NCBI RefSeq assembly: GCF_006345805.1
Contig: NC_042997.1
Coordinates: forward strand, 107,508,001 to 107,572,000
Length of the DNA stretch: 64,000 nt
Source of the DNA: Octopus sinensis
Lineage: Eukaryota
Reading direction: 5' to 3'
Shown here: positions 55,876 through 64,000 of the stretch, piece by piece
Numbering within the stretch: position 1 is the first letter of the stretch
Layout of the letters: every line of letters begins with the position of its first letter
Translations under genes and position numbers: made by a program
Notes under the pieces: generated by a model
Database searches by the model: none
What the model saw: the letters and a program-made list of their open reading frames with translations, nothing else
Told to the model about the DNA's origin: nothing

Positions 55876-56573
55876 TGCCAGTACAAACATAGAACTTAAT
55901 TTACCATGAGGAACGACGTGCACAGTCGGCCAGGTCGTAATTTGATCTCAGAACACAAAGCGTTAAAGTGGTTGATATTTAGTGGAGAGCTCTGCCATTT
56001 CGTAACATTGTGATTCTTCTTCTTCATTGAATTCATCCTGAATAATATTCCTCGTGGATAATATTCTGACGAGGGTGCAACTCCTTTCACTAATCCTTTG
56101 GCCTTTGAGGTCCGCAATCCTTTAGCACTTGAACGTCCGCAAGGCAGCATCTCTATGCTAGTGGTCAACATAGAGATGCTGTCACTACTCAGTATATTGT
56201 TGGTTCCTGCATGGGACTGCATTATTAAATCCTTTTGACTCCAGCATAGGGTCTGGATTGACCAGCTGTAGTCAAATAGTGTCTGCTGCTTCGCAGGGGA
56301 AATTTGGAAGTGCAAAAGCTATGGAACCACACCGAAACAGAAAAGAAGTAGATTGGATTGCGAATATTAAGGGCTACAGGATTACTTAAAGGAATTGCGC
56401 CCTCGTCAGAAGAATATCATCCACGATGAATTCAATGAAGACGAAAGGGCAGAGCTCTCAATTGAATGTTATATATTTCAGCGCTGTTTGTTCTGAGATC
56501 AAATTACGACCGGGCCGACTTTGCAAGTCGTTCCTCTTGGGTTAATAAATTAAGTTTTATGTTTGTACTGGCA
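55876..56573. repeat. Fold-back/MITE-like element with ~200-bp diverged inverted arms
   Basis: 55876-56095 is the approximate reverse complement of 56375-56573 (e.g. GTCGTAATTTGATCTCAGAACA, TTCATTGAATTCATC). Confidence 0.75.
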
Positions 56574-57499
56574 TCACTTCAATCCTCTCAGCCACCTTAC
56601 TATAAGTCCGCAGCTTCGTACCAGTGTAAGAGATCTTTATTGTTGTTGGTCGTCCGATGTTTTTATATCATTAAGTTATAGTGTTAGAACCATTGGCAGG
56701 AAAATTCAGAAAATTTATTTTCAATTCTACTGTTTATTTTTGTTACACCCCAACTAATCTAAATGGTCGAACCATGTTCACGTGGGCGTTAATGCTTTTA
56801 TGGCGAATCAACCGGTTTCTCATAGCTAGCCATGCCTTTTAGTTGCTCAAGTGGAATATCTGAGCGAGATGGCTCAAAACTCGGCAGGAGTATCGCTACA
56901 CTGCTTATTGAAGTATGGTGTTTGGGCGAACGAAGAGAATAAAGATACTGCAATGCTGATAGAGATCTTTTGGTGATAGGGCCTGAGTATGTACTGCAGT
57001 TTGAAAAGTGAAAGAGTCTCGTGCAATGCACCATGCAATTCTTCACATTTTGGAATTGATATTCGCAGGTTACCACAAGCATTGCCAATGTCACTGACTA
57101 AGACACATAACTTTTGTTCAATGATTCATTTAATCGAAGCAGGTTCTAGGCATTGGTACAGTTTACCAATTTTGGTAAAGGCAGCATTAACAATTATTTC
57201 TTTGACTCATACTGTTGACTTCTTCTAAACTACCGACATCAGACATAAGCGCATTCTACGAGAGATTTTGAAGCCAGCAGAATGCAGAATTCACTGTCAC
57301 TGTCGTTCCTTCGATATTATAAAATGATTATCAAATGAGTGGGGAAAATCGCCAGATTAATAAATGAATGGAAGTTGATGTTAAGTGTTTAGCTTTCCTC
57401 TCTTTCAGACTTGACTTCCTTTCTCTGTGAGATTTTATTAAGATAATATTATATATGTGTGTTCGTGTGTGTGTGGCTGTTTATGGCTTTTGTCAAGCT

Positions 57500-58015
57500 T
57501 CTCTTGATGATGGGAGCTGTCAGATCTCACCTCCCATATCATCAAGGTTTTTGAGAGGGTGGTGAGATCACGAATAACCCACTTTCTTAGACGGAGTAAA
57601 GTCAAGTCCAGCCAAAGTCATTAGTGGTGTTCCACAAGGCACTGTGTTGGGCCCACTTCTTTTCATCATCTACATTGCTGACATTACTGACATCACCAAG
57701 CAGAGCAATGATTCCAAGCTCCAGAAGGTCATCAATGAAGTGGGTGACTGGGCATGCCTTCAGTCAGATCTATTGGCTGTCATCCAATGAGCAGAAAAGA
57801 CCAAAATGTTGCTGAATGAGAACAAATTTGAGTTAATCTACTTCGGAAAAGAGGATACCCTGAAACTCCCATACTCCCTTTTTTCAGGTGAAACTGTCAT
57901 GGCATTCAATAAAATCAGAGACTTAGGAGTAATTGTGGATTACGTAAGACCTGGATTGCTCATATAAACATCAAATTTGACATGGCCCACAGAATGTGTT
58001 CCTGGATTCTCAGAG
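57500..58015 (+). mobile_element. CR1-type LINE RT relic
   Basis: [40 protein letters not shown]. Confidence 0.8.
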
Positions 58016-58019
58016 CGTC

Positions 58020-58815
58020 CTGCATAACCTTCTCCAGCTGTTGCAGACACGACGGTGGAGTGTAACGACTTCTAACATGTCACTCCAAGATGCACCACAG
58101 ATGTTCAATAATATTAAGACCTGGAGATTGAGGGCAGGGGGCACTCCATATGTTGTAGCCCACTACCATGCTCTTCATACCTATTCTTAACCACATGAGA
58201 AGTGTGTGTTGGAGCATTGTCATCTTGGAAGCTGCACTCACCATCAGGGAGCAATGTCTGGACCATGGGAAAGACTTGATTTCCCAAAATATTCAGATAA
58301 TCATTGTTGTTGATCCTACCAGGGCAACGATTGGATCAAGAGAATTCCAAGAAATGGCAGCCCAAACCATCACAGATCCTCCTCCGTGCTTCACTGTAGG
58401 AAGAAAGCAGTCAGGATTAAAAGCTGTTCCGGGCTGCCTCCATTCATAAACTCGCCCTGCAGCGGGGAAAAGAGAGAAACTGGACTCGTCGGAGAATAGT
58501 ACCAGCCCTTGTGATCTCTACACCAGCTCAGCCATTTCTGAATGTTTAGATGAGAAAGGGGAGGTTTCCTGATGGCGGCTCTTCCATGATATCCGGCTTT
58601 ATTGAGCTCACGGCGAACAGTTTTGGTCGAAACTTGGCTGATCAGATGTTGATTCAACTCTGTAGTCACTTTAGAGGCAGTTGTCCGGTGATTTTTCATC
58701 ACAGTGCCATTCAACGCTCGTCGGTCTCTTTCCGTAAGCTTCGAAGTCATGCCGGACTTACTCCTCCTGCTGGAAGTTTTGCCCTACTTCTTAAATTCAG
58801 TCATAGCCCTTGACA
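58020..58815 (-). mobile_element. Tc1/mariner transposase relic
   Basis: KLTERDRRAL...VSTKTVRRELNKAGYHGRAAIRKP, FSDESSFSL, TVKHGGGSVMVWAAISW, QDDNA, a degenerate PDLN region. TIRs were not found. Confidence 0.85.
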
Positions 58816-58912
58816 AACACAGAGACACACAAATATATACATATATGTCTACACCACCTGTCTTTGTCTTTTGTTTTTTTTGCGAATTCTCCCTATATAT
58901 ATATATATATAT

Positions 58913-59079
58913 ATACGACGGGCTTCTTCCAGTTTCTATCTACCAAATCCACTCACAAGGCTTTGGTCGATCCGAGGCTATAGTAGAAGACACTTGCCCA
59001 AAGTGCCAAGCAGTGGGACTGAACATGGAACCATACGGTTGGGAAGCAAGCTTCTTACTACACAGCCACTCCTGCGCCT
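58913..59079 (-). mobile_element. tRNA/CORE-type SINE, 5' half
   Basis: Homologous to 43805-43971. Confidence 0.8.
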
Positions 59080-59134
59080 ATATATATGTAACAACCAGTA
59101 CTTAACACAACAAAGCTTATACAAAGCTTTACAT

Positions 59135-59182
59135 TTTACTTTTGACAATCTTTTTCTAAAATAGTGAAACCCGTCAAGTGAA
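59135..59182 (+). ncRNA. Minimal hammerhead-like motif, U3-A8 compensatory core
   Basis: TTTACTT-TTGACAA-t-CTtTTT(cta)AAAtAG-t-GAAA-C-cc-GTC-AAGTGAA; 7-bp stem I including one G-U pair. Confidence 0.65.
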
Positions 59183-59272
59183 TAAGCATCTTTAAAATTG
59201 CATTTTCAAACCTTCTTTCATATATATTTCCCCTCGTGCGGTATCTTACAACTTTACTTTGTTATATACATT

Positions 59273-59353
<81 letters not shown>

Positions 59354-59371
59354 CACACACACACACACAAC

Positions 59372-59440
<69 letters not shown>

Positions 59441-59445
<5 letters not shown>

Positions 59446-59730
59446 TAGAAAAAAACCACCTTTTATCAATTCAAAATGAACAATTAATTTACACCATCTA
59501 GAAAATTACATATAATAGAAATATTAAAAATAAAATAACAATTATATACCGATGATTAAGTAAATTGCAACATAATAATAATACCGAATATATTTGGTAT
59601 ATTATTATTTTATTATTATTATTTTGCAATTTACTTAATCATCGGTATATTATTCTTATTTTTAATGTTTCTATTATATGTAATTTTCTAGATGGTGTAA
59701 TTTAATTGTTCATTTTGAATAGATAAAAAG
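59441..59730. repeat. ~290-bp AT-rich palindrome
   Basis: AAATTAGAAAAAAA...ACACCATCTAGAAAATTACATATAATAGAAA... mirrored around ATACCGAATATATTTGGTAT. Confidence 0.85.
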
Positions 59731-59855
59731 TGTTTTTTTTTTCTAATTTTTATATATATATTATATTTTGTGAAATTTGATATAGTATTTCTAAATTGAA
59801 TTTTCCCCTGTAAGTTAGGAATAATATTCCCTCAAATAATTATTATATATATATA

Positions 59856-59893
<38 letters not shown>

Positions 59894-60063
59894 TATATAT
59901 TATTATTATTATTATTATTATTATTTTTATTTTATTTTATCTAGTTTCAGCTCACGAGCTGTGGCCATGCTGGGGCACCGCCATTTATATATATATATAT
60001 ATCGTTGAGATCTTTTAACAAAAGCACGAATCCTTTTCAAATAAATATTTTTTTTTTCCACAG

Positions 60064-60119
60064 CTCAAACTCTTTGACCGAAATAACGATGGGAAACTGC
60101 AGCTTAGCGAAATGTCGAA
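60064..60119 (+). CDS. Cbp53E: Calbindin-32-like exon (EF-hand 4)
   Basis: tttttccacag/...aa/GTAAGT; LKLFDRNNDGKLQLSEMS(K); 56 nt, phase 0 to 2. Confidence 0.95.
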
Positions 60120-60778
60120 GTAAGTAACTCCACATTCTGCTCCTGTCACTGGTTGTATCTGTTATGTCTGTGTGTATATCAACTCATATACATAGATTCA
60201 TACACACACACACACATCTATATGAACATATCTTTGTTTCTATTCGTAATTATTGTTGCTGAGTTGGAAATAGATTCAGTGAACGGAACCTGACCCGTGG
60301 CTTCCATTCTCGAACTCATTTATATTTCTTTAGTCTACACAGTAAATGTCTCTAGTATCTTAGAAAGCCATCTCTGTCTTAGCCTCCAGCTTAGCAGCAT
60401 TTTATCCGTCGTAACGTACTGTCAAGATTGACTTTGTCTTGCAACCTTTCGGGGTCGATGAAGAAAGTACCAGCTAAGGGTCGATGTAATCGACTACCCC
60501 ATTCGCCCAAATTTTCAGGCCTTGTGCCTAAAGTAGAAATGATAATTTTTATTCATCTTAAATCATCTTATATGGTTACTGGCCAACAATAATGCCATTG
60601 GTTATAGCGTTTTAATGGGGGAATCACATCAATTTTGACTTCGAGACTGACAAGGGAGTGTCTTTAAACAAATATAACAAAATGTAGAACAACTATCACA
60701 AGTCACTTCAGTTTTTAAAAAATATTTTTCATTTCTTCTTCTTCTTCTTCTTCTTCTTCTTCTTCTTCTTCTTCTCTT

Positions 60779-60809
<31 letters not shown>

Positions 60810-61430
60810 TTATTATTATTATTATTATTATTTTATTATTATTATTATTATTATTAAAGTGTTTGCCCATCAAACACTTTTGTATAAACTCTCTCTTATT
60901 TCTAGTATGTTCTCTGAGGTGCTTCATTTAATTTAACAGGCACACATTTCCATGAGGGAACATAACCCTTAATATATCGGTAACCTCCTTTTGAACTATT
61001 GACTTTCTTTCCCAGAATAATGCACCAAACCAAATAGAACATCTTTCTTATACTGAGACAGGACCGCAGGCCCATGATTAATATTCGGTGTGGAACCGTG
61101 TGTCATGAGATTCTGAGGACTCCAAACATTTTTGTAGATACACACACACACACATACACACTCACAGATGCATGCACACTCACACACACGCGTGCGTGTG
61201 TGCGTGTGTGTTGGTCTGTAAAGTGAGGCTGTGATAGAAGGCATCTTCTACAGGTGTCATGCACCGAAATCCAGCATCGATCCACGATGTTGTGAAATGA
61301 ATTTCTTAACCTCACAGCCGTGTTTCTAGCCACACCGAGGCACTATACGCTCTATACGAGTTCAATTCTGCCTTTGCTAAATTACTAAATTTACCAATCA
61401 TAGAGGGATGATCGATTCTAGCAAGCATTT

Positions 61431-61668
61431 GTAGGCGGTGGTTGTGTGTGAGCTGGCAGAATCGTTAGCACGCCGGGCGAAATGCTTGGCGGTATTTCGT
61501 CTGCCGCTACGTTCTGAGTTCAAATTCCGCCGAGGTCGACTTTGCCTCTCATCCTTTCGGGGTCGATTAAATAAGTACCAGTTACGCACTGGGGTCGACT
61601 TAATCCGTTTGTCTGTGCTTGCTTGTCCTCTCTGTGTTTAGCCCCTTGTGGGTAATAAAGAAATAGGT
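61431..61668 (+). mobile_element. SINE, same family as 10466-10683, full-length-like
   Basis: GAGCTGGCAGAATCGTTAGC...GAGTTCAAATTCC...GTCGACTTTGCCTCTCATCCTTTCGGGGTCG...GTAATAAAGAAATAGGT. Confidence 0.85.
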
Positions 61669-61860
61669 TGTGTGTGAGTGTATTTATGTGTGTGTGTGGT
61701 GGTAGTTGGGGGTGATGGTGGTGTGTATGTATTTGTGCATAAGTCTTTTGAGAATGCAACGCCGCTAGCTTTCATCACTTTGTCAGTTTCGTTGCTGTTT
61801 ATTATAAAATTTGTTTTTATTTTGTATTTTTTAATAAATTTATTTATATTTATTTTCTAG

Positions 61861-61906
61861 GTTGCTTCCAGTCAAAGAAAATTTCCTGTGTCGGCCCATA
61901 TTTAAA
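61861..61906 (+). CDS. Cbp53E: Calbindin-32-like exon (linker after EF-hand 4)
   Basis: tattttctag/...aaa/GTAAGA; (K)LLPVKENFLCRPIFK; 46 nt, phase 2 to 0. Confidence 0.95.
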
Positions 61907-62198
61907 GTAAGAAATTAAATTAAAAAATGATTTGAAGATAAAATATTTTGAAAGATTTATTAATGCCAGGAAACACATTACATTCATTTCTGAATTGTAT
62001 TACTTATTAAATAATTAATTGAGAAAGTAGTTAATTAGTAAAGGGAAGATTAGTTAGCGTAATAGTTTGAGCTATTATTTACAAATAGTGTTTAAGCAGT
62101 TTACAGTTGGTGGAGATATCGTTGAAAATTTTTGTACAACTGACTGATTTACAAAGGATCGAAACAAACTTACGGACAGCAAACTGATAATTATACAT

Positions 62199-62291
<93 letters not shown>

Positions 62292-62347
62292 TGCATACAT
62301 GCATACATACATACATACATACATACATACATACATACATACATACA

Positions 62348-62609
<262 letters not shown>

Positions 62610-63487
62610 CACATGCATGCAAGCATACATGTATTCATATTTTATTTATATGTATGTGTGGGTTTGTGTATGAATGTATGTATGTATACACACACACACA
62701 CACACACACACATACACACTATCATATATTTTATGCGACATATACTATTTAATGAGAACGCAAGAACTTCAGTCTCCATGCAGCATTTCTTCTTATAAAA
62801 ATAATCTGAAATTCTAAAAATCCTGATTCTTTAAAATGGAAAATTACTTGGAAAGTTGGACTGAAATAATTAGCTTTGTTCCTCAGCAGTAACTAATTAA
62901 GGCAACATTAAGTGAATATAAAAACAGCAGACTGACAGAAAGAAAAGAGCTCTGAAGTGAATTAAAGATTGGCGAAATCAGACGTGGTCTGCGAGACTAG
63001 ATTCATTTTTTTTAAAGTTCAAATATGGATATGATTGAATTACGAGGAACCTGATGTCTTGAGCAAAACCTTTGTCAGAGAAATCTTAAAAAAACATTTT
63101 TAGTCTTTTCTTTTTTGGCTTTATAAATTTTGTCATTGTACTTCTTTCAAATCCTTTTGTCTTTCATTCTTTCAAGACGATAAAACGACTGCAGGCCTAG
63201 AACTCTGTGACAGTGAGTAAAAGAAGAGTGTAGGCTTTTCTGTTGTAAACTATTCTACTGTGGAATATTCTATCAACTAATTAAGTAACAATTAACTAGA
63301 GCTCATTCTCAGACGAAAAATTTATCGAACTCACGAAATATTTATTGTAAAACCGGAAACGACGGAGAAAAGATGGCTTCTGGAGTTAGAAATAAAATAA
63401 AAAATATCTGTCATTGTTTTAACATTGGTCACTCCTTCCTTCTATCTTTTCATTTTTCTCTCGCTCGCTCGCTTCTCTCAACTCTCT

Positions 63488-63556
<69 letters not shown>

Positions 63557-64000
63557 ATGTCTTATTTCCTCTCCGAGGAAAAGGGATACACATGATAATA
63601 TTTATGGCTATACCTAGCCAGGATCTGTCAACTCTTGTCCTTTATTCAAAATGGACACAGTCTTCTAGTCTTAGATTTAGTAGTTGATAAAGAGATAAAT
63701 GAATTAGAAATGAATTTCAATCCCTTACAACCCTATGGCCCCACCATGCTCCATGCGATTCTTGGAAGTTGTATTCTTAGCTACAATAGCGACAACATGA
63801 ATTTCTTCCAGCTTCTTGCTCTGTTAAAATATTGAGAGTGACTTCCAAGATTCAGCCAGCTATGCCATTATTAGACGGTCCAATGATTAACTAGCTGGCC
63901 GATACTTCGAAGTCACTGTTAATACTCTTTTTGTTAAAGAGTAATGTATATGTACACATACACACAAACACTCTCTCTCACTCTTATACACTCACTCTCT

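Noticed and set aside
59545-59605. CCGATGA within the AT-rich palindrome
   Set aside because: Followed by GAAT rather than GAAA, with no stem II; the pairing is explained by the palindrome itself.

Overview
AT-rich, microsatellite-dense animal genomic DNA, most likely Octopus (inferred from the SINE/LINE families and the gene sequence). One host gene is present: seven internal coding exons (+ strand, 27603-61906) of a hexa-EF-hand calbindin-32/Cbp53E (calbindin/calretinin family) gene. Its first and last exons were not found in the window. The rest is mostly transposable-element debris: about ten R4/Dong-type non-LTR retrotransposons (RT plus CCHC and restriction-like endonuclease) docked at trinucleotide microsatellites, a Gypsy relic interrupted by an internally deleted hAT element, many Penelope-like (GIY-YIG) fragments, CR1 and Tc1 relics, Helitron-like elements and several tRNA-derived SINE families. 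The most notable unannotated signal is a set of about eleven minimal type-I hammerhead-ribozyme-like motifs, mostly tied to Penelope-like termini and inverted repeats. They include recurrent non-canonical cores (CCGANGA, and the compensatory U3-A8 form UUGANAA), and five lie on the sense strand of calbindin introns. All calls come from manual reading; no searches or folding programs were run.
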